Shown: positions 28,501-42,642 of the stretch, piece by piece
How the letters are laid out: each line of letters begins with the position of its first letter
Position numbering within the stretch: position 1 is the first letter of the stretch
Source: Felis catus
Taxonomy: Eukaryota
Direction: 5' to 3'
DNA: 64,000 bases
Assembly: GCF_018350175.1 (NCBI RefSeq)
Contig: NC_058368.1
Span: forward strand, 156,800,001-156,864,000
Position numbers and translations under genes: made by a program
The notes under the pieces: model-generated
The model's input: the letters and a program-made list of their open reading frames with translations, nothing else
What the model was told of the DNA's origin: nothing
Databases searched by the model: none

Positions 28501-30480
28501 TCAAATCAATATTTTGATTAGAACAGATCAGACACACTTATGGGAGGCAGTAAGATGCCAGCTAAAAGATTTTTCTTTAGAAAAATTATTGGTGAATACT
28601 TTAAGAAAAATGATCTGAATAAGTACTATAAGACTTTATGTATCACTGGTCTCCATTTTCAACACTAATGACGGTAGTTACCTACTGCACAGTTAAACAA
28701 ATTTTTTGTACAAGAGCTACCTACTATAAACTAAAGGAACTAAAACTTCATTTCTTTTACATAGTTTCAAAATTTCTTTCTTCATCATTGACTCAGACTG
28801 GTTTGTCTTCAGAATTATCCTCATCTTTTTTTTTATTTTTTAAATCCGACAACTGTCTAAAAGCTTTAATGTAGGTCTCATGAAGGCTGTACACAGAGTT
28901 AACTTCAGTTATTAAGGATTTTCACAACACAGCTCAGTCACTGAGCTTTAGCTCAGTCACTGTCTCCAGAAGGACACCACGTGATTCTCCTAATTGCCAA
29001 GTCTCCAGTTAACAAGAACCATGGCTTATCATGAATCTCTATTGTTAGTACTAATTTGAACACCCTGCCAAGAAATAAAGCTAACAGGAAAAATAATAAC
29101 TTTTTAAAATAGAACTTGTGCTTATAATTAGGAATCAAACATGAGATTTTTGCACAAGGAACAACTCCTCAGCATGCTTGGAAATTTCACCCTAGGTTAG
29201 ATCCTATGTCGCGTTTCCTTACAGTGTGATCAAAGTCTTCAGTTCCCAGAAAATTGAAAATTATCATTGTTTTTTTTTTCCATTATTACAGTCATTATGG
29301 GTAAAGAAACAAAATGAGTATGAGCAGGGACTGTGGACCAAGAACACTAAGAGTTGTACATTTAACTTCCATTTAATGAAAAAGCTTAACAAAAGCCTGT
29401 TTTCAGTCAAAATTTGGAGTCGATTTGCATGGAACCAGCGAGAAGGGAAAGAGCTCACTGGGTCCTGGTCCAGGATTGCTCTGGACTGTTGACATTGGGC
29501 CCCCTGTGTATAGCATGAAACCCTGATGATTCACTAACATGAAATATCATTTTGAAAAGTGAAAAGTGCAGTGGCAAGGTAAGTGATAGTAACTGTGCAG
29601 CTTAAAGTCATGGAGTGACTCAAGGTCAAGTTCATGAACAATAATCTAGTGTTTTAAGTGCAATGATAGATGTGGGAGAGAAATATAAACTACAAGTGTC
29701 ACTGTGCAAACGGAAGGTAGTGTATTTCCCAAGGACAAGAAAACTAAAGTTCTAAAAGGAAAGACAAGGCCCAATGCCAAAAAGCAACACAACCAGGGGT
29801 TACTAAGAATCTTCTTTCCCCTGCCCACCATGACCACCATGTATTACAGGCAGTCCACTTCTTGCTCAGGATGCCTGCGCACCACGACACTCTGTCTCAT
29901 CCTTGGCAGAAGGACTCGGAGACCCCATGTGCAGCTCGGGACACCTGACAGGCTCCACCCTTACCAACAGGCTCAGAGGTTTTAACAAAACCTTCTATTT
30001 TACAGGCCCTAAATTGGCCCAATTCTCTACAGACAACACATTTTACTATAAATTTGTAGAATGAACCGTTCTACATAAGTAAGTACAAGTTCTAGGAAAT
30101 GGGACCTCAACTCCTCAGGTAACAAAAGGAGTATTTTTATATTTTCACCATTTTTGATGAAAGCTTCCTAAATTGAAGTATGCTTTCTCAATATTTGTTT
30201 TCAGTGTATAATCTAATGATGAAAATGCAAACTTTTGTTGACGGCTGGAATGTTCTATTTTCATTCTTCATTTTCATAACTAATGCAACAATTATGTCTC
30301 TGCATTTTGCTTTCCCTTCTCCTTTGACATTAGACTGCACCTTCTGCTTGTTCTGTATAGACTTTGTTTGCGTGACTTGTCATGCATTTCTGCCTAGAGC
30401 CACACATACACAATCATGGAGGGCTTAGTTGGCTTGTGCTCCATATCTGGCCTTGAGATCAGAACTGGCTCTTCTGTTCC

Positions 30481-30996
30481 TGATGTCAAGAGGGATTAAA
30501 TTGTCTCACCTACTTGAGCCAGGCCAGGCTGGCCCCCTGGAATGGATCAGGGAGAGAAGAGAAATATGCAGAGGCCAAGCCTCCTAAGATTGTGAGAGAG
30601 ACAGAGAAGAGAAACAGAGGAAAAAATAATAATAAACAGCTTGCTCGGGACTACACTTAAGCAAACTTAATGATTAACCATAAATCACTCACGGGTAGTA
30701 TATTTATTGCCCTGAGGGAATAGTTAGTTGAAGGTCTCACCTGAGGGGAGTACGCTCTGCTAGGACCCTCAGTAGGGCTTCCAACCTGGCTGTTCACCGC
30801 AGGGCTTCCCCAGCCAGAAGAATGGATGTTGTGAGTACCGGATTTGATGTATTCAGCCTTCTTTGTTCTTCTCTATACTTCTCTATCTCTTTATGTATAC
30901 TATAATTGTTTAATTCTTATATTCTCTTTCCCTTATAATTAATAAAGTTTTCCTGCACCAAAGTACGGCTATTGTGACTTACTATCATTTAGAACA
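30481..30996 (+). mobile_element. Probable ancient solo LTR (family uncertain)
   Basis: About 515 bp bounded by TG...CA, with AATAAA at 30941 about 50 bp before the terminal CA. No clean TSD. Confidence 0.45.
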
Positions 30997-32558
30997 CTGT
31001 TGTCATAGAGCCAGCTTTTAGCAGGACAGCCTCCTTATACATTGCTGGTTCTGATCAGCTTTGGAAAAGGAGATAATGATATTGTATATTTTGGGTCCCT
31101 AAGTAAAAATTAATTAATTATATGTGGGGGTCAAAGCATAGAAACTTTGATTTTTAGTTGAGAGTTTTCTCATTAGCAATCTTCACCCGGTTATTTTTGG
31201 ATTAAAACACAGAATTCAAGTTAACAAAAACAACAACAAAATCCAATTTATGAATAAACCGAATATTGTTCTACTAGAAAATATGATTGCCACATCATTT
31301 TCAATTACCACAAAAATCTTAGAATTATTTAGCATTTCTTCTAAGAAAATGAAAAGAACACTCAGGTTCACTGAACTTCTGTTTCATATGGCTAAAGCCT
31401 ATAGGATCTAGAAACGATGCCATAGGAAGAAAATGTATGTAATATTATTGCATTATGCTTATTATCATGTAACAGCATCTGAAAGGACCATTATTCTATA
31501 GCTCCACTGGAAAAGGACCTAATAGTTAAATATAGCCCATTACCGACACCACCTTGGACTCTCTCTAATGCTCTATTTCCATAATGATGACAACCCATTT
31601 CCCCACTTACCTGTCTTCGCCTCTGGCTTGGCTATTAGGATTAGGAGATCCTACCATTTGCCACTTGTTTGAATGTTCAGGCAGAACCCTTTCCACTCAC
31701 CAGCAGTAGTCTCTTAACTGTTTTCTCCTCTCTGCGCTATTCTTTGACTCAATGCCTCCAACCAGAGAGGCCAGCACTCACAGAACATCCCCTGACCACT
31801 TTCCGCTTTCACACACACGCGCGCACACGTGCACACACATATACACACTAGCAACATTCCTGTTTCCCTCCCTAGACAACCAGCAATTGCAAATACCAGC
31901 ACATTTTTAGATCTTTACTGATGAATATTCTAAGTTATAACTGAAGATAACACTTTGCCATTTATCTTTCCTTGAAGCTCAACAGTATTAAGGGAAAAAA
32001 AAGCTTTGGAATATGAATGCAATTTACACCAGTTTTTAAAATCTAAAATCATTCAATACAGTCAAAACAGTAACTGAAGAAAAACTGAAATAAAACCTAA
32101 AAATAATGTCACTTGCTTTCTGTCAGCCTAGTAAGATTCAATGGAAATTCAAAACTGAGAGATGATTTGGATTTATTCCTCATTTAAAACTCCAGGATCA
32201 TTCGAAATTCTATTCCACTATTTTTGCGTTTTCATATTAGGCATGCAAAGGAAACGAGCTTGGGCAGCAAGCCTCAGGCACATCAGACTGAAAGCCAAAA
32301 GCCAGAGAAATGTATTCTGCATGAAGGATATAAGATTTCTTGTGTATCCTGGGCCTTAACTCTCAGCTATTCTTTTTGGACGTTCATCACAAGATACATA
32401 GATAATATCTAGGATAATTTTCCATTTAGAATCTAGGGAATGTTGCCAGATATGAGGGAAAATATAAACTTTAGAAACTAAATAACTTTGAACCCAGAAA
32501 GCGAATCTAGACCTCTTTAGATTCATTAATAAAGATTGCAGTTAAAGTGTATTCCTTT

Positions 32559-32775
32559 GGGGGCGCCTGGGTGGCTCAGTCGGTTGGGCGTCCGACTTCG
32601 GCTCAGGTCATGATCTCCCGGTTTGTGAGTTCTAGCCCCGCGTCAGGCTCTGTGCTGACAGCTCGGAGCCTGGAGCCTGCTTCAGATTCTGTGTCTCCCT
32701 CTCTCTGCCCCTCCTCCACTCACGCTCTGTCTCTCTCGCTCTCCAAGACAAATAACCATTAAAAATTTTTAAAAA
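32559..32775 (+). mobile_element. SINEC (Fc-type)
   Basis: ggggcgcctgggtggctcagtcgg head and TSD core TGTATTCCTTTG. Confidence 0.95.
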
Positions 32776-33747
32776 ATGTATTCCTTTGTTGTGTTCTTTT
32801 CGCAAATATTCCTTCAGGGCTGGGTAGCAGGGGAAAGATAACTTTCCATCTAGGGGAAACAAGAGAAAACATAGCCACAGCCGTTAACATAGCAGTATGC
32901 CATTATAGTAATCACTGTAAACATACAAGAAGATCAATGAACCCAAACTGAATCTTGGCCAGTTCAACTAACCAGCTCAGCAAGCCAAACACACAATCAA
33001 CTGTGCCCAGGACAGCAAGTTCAGGCACAGTGATACTGACAGTTCTCCATCTGACCCTCAGAGATTTGTGTGTGGGGACAAAGGGAGAGAATAAAATAAG
33101 AGAAAATGCTCCCAAACATCCAAGTTTGCATAGAAGTTTGAAAAGCTCACTGTAAAGCCCATAAAGTTTTGAAGTAGTGAAAAATGTGTCCCTAAATCTG
33201 CTCTGTGGTTCTCTCTCTGAGGAGTGATCAAGAGTTACTGAGCCAAAATGCTTTCCCATAAAGAGGAAATGGAGCTTTCAGTTGCCAGAATGGTCTTCAG
33301 GATTCTGAAGTCTCACTGAAGCAGTCTTTGTTTTTAAGGACTTTTTTTGTCTCCAAAGAGAATGAGTAATTAAAGGCTTCTGAATTATCCATGCTCGTCT
33401 TTCTAAAATCAAATATTTTTTATTGCATTTCTAAAAAAAAATAAGAGACTATATTTTTATCTTTGAAAATCAGGCCTGAAATAACTGTTTTAATGATGAA
33501 AGAAATATTCCTTTTTGATAAAATACATTTAACATTTTATTCACTTAGAATTGATATCACAACAATGATGCTGTCAACAGAAACCTGGGAGTTGTTGGTG
33601 GTTGTGGTGCCATCGTTTTTGCTGAGTTGATGATGCATTTGTGCACTTCTTGTCACACTGTGTCACTCAGCCACCAACAGATATTTAACACACTGTGTTA
33701 CACTTCAAAGGTGAGCAAGGTACATGCCCAGGGCTTAGTGGTTTCTT

Positions 33748-33935
33748 GGGGTGCCTGGGTGGCTTAGTCAGTTAAGTGTCTGACTCTTGATTTTGGCTCA
33801 GGTCATGACCTCACGGGTTGTGAGATCAAGCCCCATGTGTGGCTCTGTGCCCATGCTGGGATTCTCTCTCTGCCTCTCTCTCTGCTCCTCCCCCTCTTGC
33901 ACTCTCTCTCTCCAAATAAATAAACTTAAACAAAA
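33748..33935 (+). mobile_element. SINEC
   Basis: Head, CT-rich body and AATAAA tail. Confidence 0.9.
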
Positions 33936-34691
33936 AAGTGAGAGCTAATGAAAATTAGAACACCTAGAATATTGAAAAAATTTTCTTTAACCATGATGCA
34001 TCTTTCAGAATAGAAAGAAGCTCATAGGTGTGGGGTGATAACAATCAAAAGTGCAGCACACTGAAATGAAGTTTTTACACCAACAGAAACCTGAAACCAG
34101 GGAATCATTCCCAACCTTTGAACACATTTCTACTAGATTTTAACTCCTTTGGTGTTCATTTTCTCATCTGTGAAATAAAGGAATGGAACTAGATGAACTG
34201 TAAGTCTCATTTCAGCACTAACATTCTGCCGTCCAACACAAAGAATAAGACAGCTGCCACCACATTTACATACTAATTCAATATTTTTTGGCTTACATAA
34301 ATTAACTTTCTCAAAATGAAATTATCCAGGATCCTTACTAAAAACTCAAGGACTGAGACTCTGTGTAATTATGGCAAACATCTTATTCAATCATGCACCT
34401 AAAAGTCTGCGGATGTTTCCCAAAATTCCTACAGAGAGCAATTTTTAAAATAAATGAGACAACAAAGAATGATGAAAATTGGAGCACTGAGAATATTGGA
34501 AAAATTAACCTAACCATGATGTTCCTTTCATAATAATATTAGATACTGGAATTGTTTTTTTAAAAATGAAAAGTGTGACCATGATGAATCAATTTGGTGA
34601 TAAATGTTGTGTTTTCTATAATTTATTAGGGGGGAACCTTGATGAGGTTATCCTACTTAGAAAAGTTTTCATTTTCAATACATAAAGGAAA

Positions 34692-34900
34692 GGGGCGCCT
34701 GGGTGGCTCAGTCGGTTGAGCTTCTGACTTTAGCTCAGGTCACGATCTCACGATCTGTGAGTTCGAGCCCCACATTGGGCTCTTTGCTGACAGCTCAGAG
34801 CCTGGAGCTCTGATTCTGTGTCTCCCTCTCTCTCTGACCCTCCCCCATTCATACTCTGTCTCTCTCTGTCTCAAAAATAAACATTAAAAATTTTTTTTAA
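34692..34900 (+). mobile_element. SINEC
   Basis: Head and tail present, TSD ACATAAAGGAAAG. Confidence 0.95.
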
Positions 34901-35791
34901 AAACATAAAGGAAAGTTGGTTAAACTGCAAATATGATGAGCTACACGGTTTGTAGAGAAGACAGAGGTTATCACAATTTAGGCACTATGTTGCTAACTAT
35001 GTTTGGTAAACAGAAAGCATAAGCCTGTATAATTTTATAGTTAATATACTCAGTGAATATGAACAGAAACAAAAATAGATGGCATTAAGAATACAAACAC
35101 ACCATTGATAATTAATGAAATCCAATTTTCCTTTTAAGACTGTGCTTTAAAGAAAAATATTAGCTATTCAGAGTTCTATTCATATGCAGCGTGTATAGAA
35201 GAATAATTAGAAAAATAAGCAAGGATTGCATGATTAGAACATAAAGACACAGGTGAGATGTTGAACTACAATTAGAAGCATTTTGCAGAGGTCAATGTTA
35301 TAAGGAGGAAAAGGCAGGAAATAACATATAATTTATGGAAAATCAGTCTCAGCACAGCACATAGCAACATAGAACACAACAACATAGAACAGCAACAGCA
35401 CAGCACAGCAACATAGAACATTCCTATGTTCTAAAGAAGAGTTTTGCCAAGATTGTTGAACTCTTATTCACCTAATCATCTTGCATATAAAATTTGCTAA
35501 AGTATATATTTAACATGTGAAACAAACCTGTATGTCTATGATTGTTTTGCTTTTTAATGGCTGAGAGGGAAAGTGAGGGTGGAAATAAGTTATTTATACC
35601 TTAATCCTTAAAATATGCAACTTTGAGCCCCCAAATGGAGCCTGTAAAAAGACAAAAAAGTAAATACTGGCAATGAAGTTTAGGATATTAATCATATTCC
35701 AAGATCGCAACCTATATGCAAGATGAGTAGAACCCACTAAACTGCACAGACCCCAAAGCTATGGATGGAGAACAAAATTGCACGCTAACCA

Positions 35792-36366
35792 TACCAGGCA
35801 GAATTATAAGATGGCCCCCCAAATTCTTGCCCCCTGGTACTCATGCCCCATATAATGCCTTTTCCTTGAATGTGGTAGATTGTGAATATGATAGAATAAG
35901 CTTTCCCTTACTTTGGTTCCACTATCTGACAAAGGTGATAGATAATACTCCCTTGCTTACATAATACTATACAAGGCTGGTGGTAACAGACTGGAGAGAG
36001 TTTCCTCTGGCTGGCTTTGAAGACATAAGCTGCCATATTGTGAGACTGCCACACGGCTAGGACCTCAAGTGGTTTCTAGGCGCTGAGAGCAACTCCTGGC
36101 CAACAGTCATCAAGATAGCAGGGACCTCATTCTACAGTCATAAGGAACTGAATTTTGCCAATAACTTCGTTGGACCTGGAAAAGTACCCTGAGCTCCATC
36201 CAGGTGAGAACCACAGGGTGGCTGACTCCTTGAGACAGCCCAGTGAGATTCTGAGCAAAAGGCCCTGAGAAGAGCTAATATGACTCCAGACCCATGGAAA
36301 ATGTGAGGTAATAAATTTTTATTGTTTAACTTGATAATTTATTGCATAGCAAAAGAAAACTAATGA
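35792..36366 (+). mobile_element. MaLR MLT1E/F-type solo LTR
   Basis: gcagaattataagatggcccc...ggctttgaaga...gctgccatattgtgaga...aaggaactgaattttgccaataac...gcaaaagaaaactaat. Confidence 0.8.
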
Positions 36367-37797
36367 CCAATACTTGGCTATCCATGATACGTTTCAGGGC
36401 CAACAAACACAACTTCCAAGTCATGATTTGAACTGTAAAGTGAATTAGAGATATTCTGAATCAAATGCCTGAACCACTTTGGAAACCTCTTTTGTGGGTT
36501 TCAATTATACTGCACATGCATTATACAGCAGTGTGGATAAGTAAGTCTCAGGTTAAGCAATGATTCATCTTCTCTACCCACCTCAACTCAAACCAGACTT
36601 GGTCACAAACATTACTTTCCTGGCATTTATATTTTACAGTATTTCCTTAAAACTCTCATCTGCTTTATTCACAGCCACGCTTATATTGGTTCTGAGGATA
36701 AAAAACAAAGAGAAGTAGATTAAGTGACTCACTAACAAATACATTCCTAATGAGATTCCAATTTGAGAAACTTGGGCTTTTGTCACAATCTGTACATTTA
36801 TTGTAAATGCCTTTGCCTCCTCTTATAATTAACTGTTATGTGTACAAAAAACATCAAGGTTTTTATATCCATGTCACTGGTCAGCTAAAACCACAAAAAA
36901 CAAATATTTTGGCATACTGATTTGGCAATAAAATATAATGTCCCCAATATCTGATATACGGATGAAACTTTAATAATTCATATATTCTCATGTATTCATG
37001 GCTGGTCCTTTATTAATTCATATTTTCTCGTGCATTCTGGCTTCCCAGAGCAGCCAAACTCACCGGGAAGTTTTATTTGAGATGTGACTAAACACTTAAC
37101 CACAAAGCTCTCATACCATCTCAGTAAGATGCCCAGGGTTGCAATCATTAAGGCAGACTAAGGGCCCCCAATATTTTTTTGAAGCACATATGTGAAAATT
37201 CTAAATAAGTAAGAACAAATACATATATAAATAAATAAGAGTTATACTTTGTTGGAGTTAAAATTATCTTAAGAAAACCTATGGAAATCCAAATACATTA
37301 TAAAGTAGGTGATAGGTATTAGAATATATTAGCCAACTGACTAGCTTCTGTCTTGCTAGAAGAGGTGTTTCCATAAAAGGCCCTGGAAAACTAAGAGACA
37401 GGATAAAGGCAATGGGTCCTAGGGTGCTCTGCAGATAAACTGAATACTACATGATTTACTTGCTCTACCTCTAGATATTAAATATGACATTGAAAAATAA
37501 TTTTCTAGTTTATGTTATTCTATCAAAGTAATTCAACTGCCCATATAGAAACCCCAAGAAGAGAAAATGTTAGCACCTTGGCCATGGTCAGTGATACCGA
37601 TAGGGCTAGAGGAGGCAAATGATAAGCATTTAATCTACTTTTTCAAATTAAGAAAGAACTAATTATATCATTAAAAATACTAAGAAAAAAGTCTGAGTTC
37701 TGGTTATGATAAAGTAGACAATGCACAAACAAAACCATCACAACCACAGCCAATCATGATTTCTCTTATTTGGAATAAAAAATATGATTATGTAGGG

Positions 37798-38015
37798 CAG
37801 GGATTGGCAAATTATGGCTCATGGCCAATTCAGCCAGCTGTGTTTTTTTGTGAATAACAATGTAGTGAAACATGGCCATGTCCTTTCCTTTATGTATTGC
37901 TTGTGGCTGCTTTCCTGAAACAATGACAAAATTAAGCAGTCATGACAGAGACTGCATGGCCTATAGAGCCTAAAATATTTACTATCTGACCCTTTATGGA
38001 AAATGCCAACCCCTA
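37798..38015. mobile_element. MER58A-like hAT-Charlie MITE
   Basis: TIRs cagggattggcaaa / tgccaaccccta and internal cctaaaatatttactatctgaccctttatgga. Confidence 0.8.
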
Positions 38016-38141
38016 TTCTAGCTCATCAAAATTAGTATTTAGTCTAAGCCTATATCTTCTATCCCTATAATACCTAGAGAAAATTATATATGACCCTATT
38101 TAAAGAAAGTCCTTGGTTAAGTAAATAAATAGAACTGACTT

Positions 38142-38345
38142 TGGGGTGCCTGGGTGGCTTAGTCAGTTAGGCATTCAAGTCTTGATTTCGGCTCAGGTCA
38201 TGATCTCACTGTTCGTGAGACAGAGCCCTGTGTCAACCTCTGCGCTGACAGTGCAAAGCCTGTTTGGGATTCTCTCTCTCCCTCTTCTCTGCCCCACCCC
38301 TGTGCACTAATGTTCTCTCTCAAAATAAATAAATACTTTTAAAAA
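38142..38345 (+). mobile_element. SINEC
   Basis: Head and tail present, TSD aaat(a/g)gaactgac. Confidence 0.92.
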
Positions 38346-39329
38346 ATGGAACTGACATTAAGTGTGCAAAATTAAAATGTTGTAAATTGAGCCTAGCTGT
38401 TGATTTCACAAAGACCCAAACAATATGAACTGTGACATCTCGCTCTTTTTTTTTTTTTGTAAGCATTTCCAAAATGATAAACACGTATCATTGCTATTTT
38501 TGGTAATTACATATCATTCATTTACTGTAAATCTTATCTTGAGATTTTAGTCTTGAAACGTTTTTTGATGGATTTCATTTTTCCACAGGCCTCTATGTAA
38601 GACAATTCTGTATAAAAATTTTATAACCTTCTGTGTACAAATTACTTCTAGAACATGGCTGAGAGGAAAAAACAGTGAAAATGGAAATTTAAAAAAGTCA
38701 TGATAGCTTTTTGAAATTATAAGATATATTTTTGCAATAAGTATTAAAACTAGTATATTCTAAGGATATGCTTATCAGGGATCTAGGGGGAAAAAGGTTA
38801 TGCAAACCTATCCCCAGCATTTTCTAAAAGGCATATAGTTTAAACAGCACATATAATTTTAGATAAATGTTTAAACTCAAAAGCAAATTATTAAAGCTCA
38901 AATATATCCTTTTTATAGTGAAGAATTTTTGGGTTTCTGATGAATATTTATCCATACCCTTGACATGATTATTTTTTGAAAAAGTATTTGATGCTACCTG
39001 TAAGCGACCATCCCAGTTTACAACCATGTGAAAGTAGAATGATACCATGTCCAGAGAAGAATTCAAGTTAGAGTGCCTTATTTTTATGACAGGTTGTCAA
39101 TTTTATAAAAGAATCTGTCTGTTCATCTAGTATAAAAAATTCCAAACCACAATACCATGCCTCCAAATATGCCTTCAGAGAGTTCAACCAATACTTTAAA
39201 TCTCAACTACTTAAAAGTTCAGAAAACATATCTGACATTCGCAATATTTAAGAGATTCAATAGGCTCAGATAATATTTTCTCTAGCTTCTCTGAGCTCTT
39301 TGAATTAATTACTTAATTAATTCAATCAT

Positions 39330-40850
39330 TCATATGTCCAACATTGCACACTTTCTGATGACCTATTAAGTTCCAGGTATGTTAGCTGCTCTATTGCTAT
39401 GTAAGTGAGCTCAATAGAAACAGAAGGCCATATTTTATTCCCAAAAAGAATTTAAGTACCATAATAAATTCTTATGTATTATGCAAGATTCTAAGGATAA
39501 AGGAATGAGTAAAACAGAAGAATGGTCTAAAACATTCGGGTGCACAGAAATCTGGGGATCTCATAAAACATACAGAAGCTTGGCTCCAACCTGATCCACT
39601 GGATCAGAATTTCTGACGGTAGGACCCAGGACTTTGCATTTTGCAAATTCTACTTGTCATTTCAGGCACATTGAAATTTGAGAGTCATTCGTCTATAAGA
39701 TGCACCATGTAGCGAAGAGATAAGGAAAGTACCAGGAATAAAATGCAAATACAAGGAAAGAAGCAAGTTCAGAGAGCTCTCCCCGGAAGAGATAGCCTTG
39801 AAGCTAAGTCTTAATAGATGAAAAATGTACCAAGCAGATATGCAGGCAGAGGTAGATCATGTACAAAGAGATAATCTATGTGAAAATAAATGAAGACATG
39901 AAACAACATGGTATGTTTGGAGAATTCCAAATAGCTAAGTATGGATGGAGGGCATGTGTGGGGAAAGCCCAAGACAAGAAATTTTAAAAGTAAGCAGAAG
40001 AAGCCAGACCATTAAGGACCCTATAAGCGCTGCTAACAATTTTTATTTGATCTATAGACCATAAGGGAGTTGCTGAAGTTTTGTCATGGAGGAAGTGACA
40101 TTATTAGACAAATTGCAAACAGGAAAAGAGAATTCCATGGAAGCAAGGACATAGGTTATGCTGGTGAGAGATGATGAGTACCTGAACTAAAACTAGTGTT
40201 CAGGGGAAAAAGGACAGATAAAATAGATTTTTAGGAACCAGTAGTGATGTATCCAGATGATAAAGTAAATTGTGAAGAGAGAAAGAGGAAAATTACTAGT
40301 TTCTAATTTGAGAAATTGACTAGACTATGCATGTTTTAGAAACAAGAATAAAAGCTAACATTTATAGAACATAAGCTATATTCTAAGACTGCTGAGAGAT
40401 TGTTTATTCAACTCTCATTCAACACCAGGAGACAGGTATTACTCCTGTATTAAAGATCAGGAAACTTAGGACCGAAACATTGAGTAATTTGCACAAGGTC
40501 ACCAACTAGAAAGTGACAGAGTCAAGATTTGAAGCCAGACAGTCTGATTTCATAGCCTATTCTAATAATTACTCTGCTATACTCCCATAATTAGATAATT
40601 TAGAGAAGCAGAGGGGAATTTAGGAATTAGAGTTAGTTTTGCAGGAAAGGCACTGTGGTCCATTTGGGAGACATGTTGAGATGTCACGTAGGCAGTTGAG
40701 AACGTGCATCTGGAGGTGAGCAGAACAGTCGACAGGCATTTAGAATTGGAAGGCATTTAGGATGTAGGCAGTTTGACGCTGCTGGTGTAAAGGAGATGCA
40801 GAGCAAGAACATGTGAAGTGAGAAGAGAAGTAGCCTAAGAATAGCATCAA
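39330..40850 (-). mobile_element. L2 fragments with nested MER5-like (~39520-39690) and MIR (~40370-40590) pieces
   Basis: Antisense L2 motifs (ttcaatcattca...; gtaggcagttgag...tctggag). MIR motif gtaatttgcacaaggtcaccaactagaaagtgacagag. Confidence 0.55.
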
Positions 40851-40946
40851 TAATGTTTTCGAGATAGACAAACACATAATGTTGATAATGTAATGTTATA
40901 TTTAGATACATGTAGATTTATATCTATTTACCTATATAGTCCATTA

Positions 40947-41130
40947 TTTTTTTAATGTTTATATATTTTTGAGAGACAAGAGAGAGAGCACAAGCCAGGG
41001 AGTGGCAGAGAGTGACACCGAGAATCTGAAGCAGGCTCCAGGCTCTGAGCACAAAACCCATTGTGGGACTTGAATCCATGTACCTGAGCTGAAGTCAGAT
41101 GCTTAACCGACTAAGCCACCTGGGTGACCC
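40947..41130 (-). mobile_element. SINEC
   Basis: Reverse-complement head and T tail. Confidence 0.88.
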
Positions 41131-41980
41131 TTCATACATTCCATCACAGAGAGAATTTCATTTCTTTGACAAAGCTGCCTCTTAGTATATTTTTGAAAAA
41201 GAAATTAAACAGTTACTTGGAAGTGTTTTTCAACACTTCAGTGTTGGCCTGAAATTATAGGAGAGGAAAGCTATGGAGGGAAAGACTGTTAAAGTGATAT
41301 GACTTCTTTCAGATCATTTATGGTCTTTGAAGGAAATAGTCAGGTTACCATACATGTGGCTAAATCTACAGACATTTATGTCAGCAAGATTTTATCAAGT
41401 TATTTTTAAAGGATTATTTTTAAAAGACTCATTATATTGCTATGAGACATTTCAGCCCAAATTTTAATAGGATGCCACGATCCAATGGGAACGTGTGAAA
41501 GCTGCACATACATCATTTTGGTGGCAAGGAAAATTTTAGATTGCTTTCATTTCTCCCAACTTCAATAACGGCTGACTTCGTTCTGTAACAGTGAGATTCC
41601 TTGTCACTATTACCATTTATCTGTCAAGTATGAATATTACTTAACTTCATGATTTTTCCCTGCGGATTTACATATAAGCCTGACAGAATCACCTGGCACC
41701 ATTTTCTGGCTCTACTCAGCAAAGGCACAATATTAGCAGGAACTAGGATTAAATATTAAGTCACATCTTAAAAATGGCCTAACCTAGAAAGCTATATTAG
41801 AAATATCATTCTTTCTCTTCAAATAAGGCTATGTTATCCAGACCTTCAAGATTTTAATTTTATTGACTATTAAAATATACTTAAGAGTTTTAAATTTTTA
41901 TACATCAAAATTTGCTTTCTCTGTATGAGTCTACTCAAAGCACACTTTTCTGATTACTATTTTATCCCAATATCTTAACT

Positions 41981-41982
41981 AT

Positions 41983-42021
<39 letters not shown>

Positions 42022-42234
42022 TTTGAAATTTAATGTTTATTTATTTTTGAGAGAGAGACACATAGCATGAGTGGAGGATGGGTCAGAGAGAGGGAGACAC
42101 AGAATCTGAAGCAGGATTCAGGCTCTGAGCTGTTAGCATCACAGAGCCCGATGCGGGGCTCGAACTCACAAACTGGGAGATCATGACCTGAGCCTAAGTC
42201 AGGCGCTTAACCGACTGAGCCACCCAGGTGCCCC
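41981..42234 (-). mobile_element. SINEC with (TTTA)n tail
   Basis: Reverse-complement head and TSD TTAACTATTTATTT. Confidence 0.94.
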
Positions 42235-42642
42235 TTAACTATTTATTTTTAAGGAGTTAAAGATTTAGCACAGTGAAGTGCAAAGAATCAGAAAGCCCAA
42301 GTTTGTGCCAGGGACTGGCATAGTGCCCGCCACCCAGTCGATGATCAATAACTATTAAATGAACGTGGCCTCAGTTGCCAAGGTGACAGATACATCGTGA
42401 CGTTTGGGGTTAGACAGATAATATATATTAAATGTGCTGTATTCCCAATACAGACACCATGTATTTGATGTTTCTCATTTAGCATTAACTAAACAGTAAA
42501 AATCTATCCTTTATTATGGAAGTATTCTAATGTTCTTTTGGTTCATTCTTCACTTCAATTCTCTTCACTATTGCAAATGAAAGGAAAAAAATAAAACACC
42601 GACATATAAGATAATATATATCATTATATACAGTCGTAGTAC

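Noticed and set aside
32912..33259. 115-aa minus-strand ORF
   Set aside because: No recognisable domain or supporting exon structure, and the length is within chance expectation.
33581..33710. Open frame ending at an AAG|gtgagc donor
   Set aside because: The acceptor is weak, the peptide is unrecognisable, and the 3' half resembles a decayed L2 tail.
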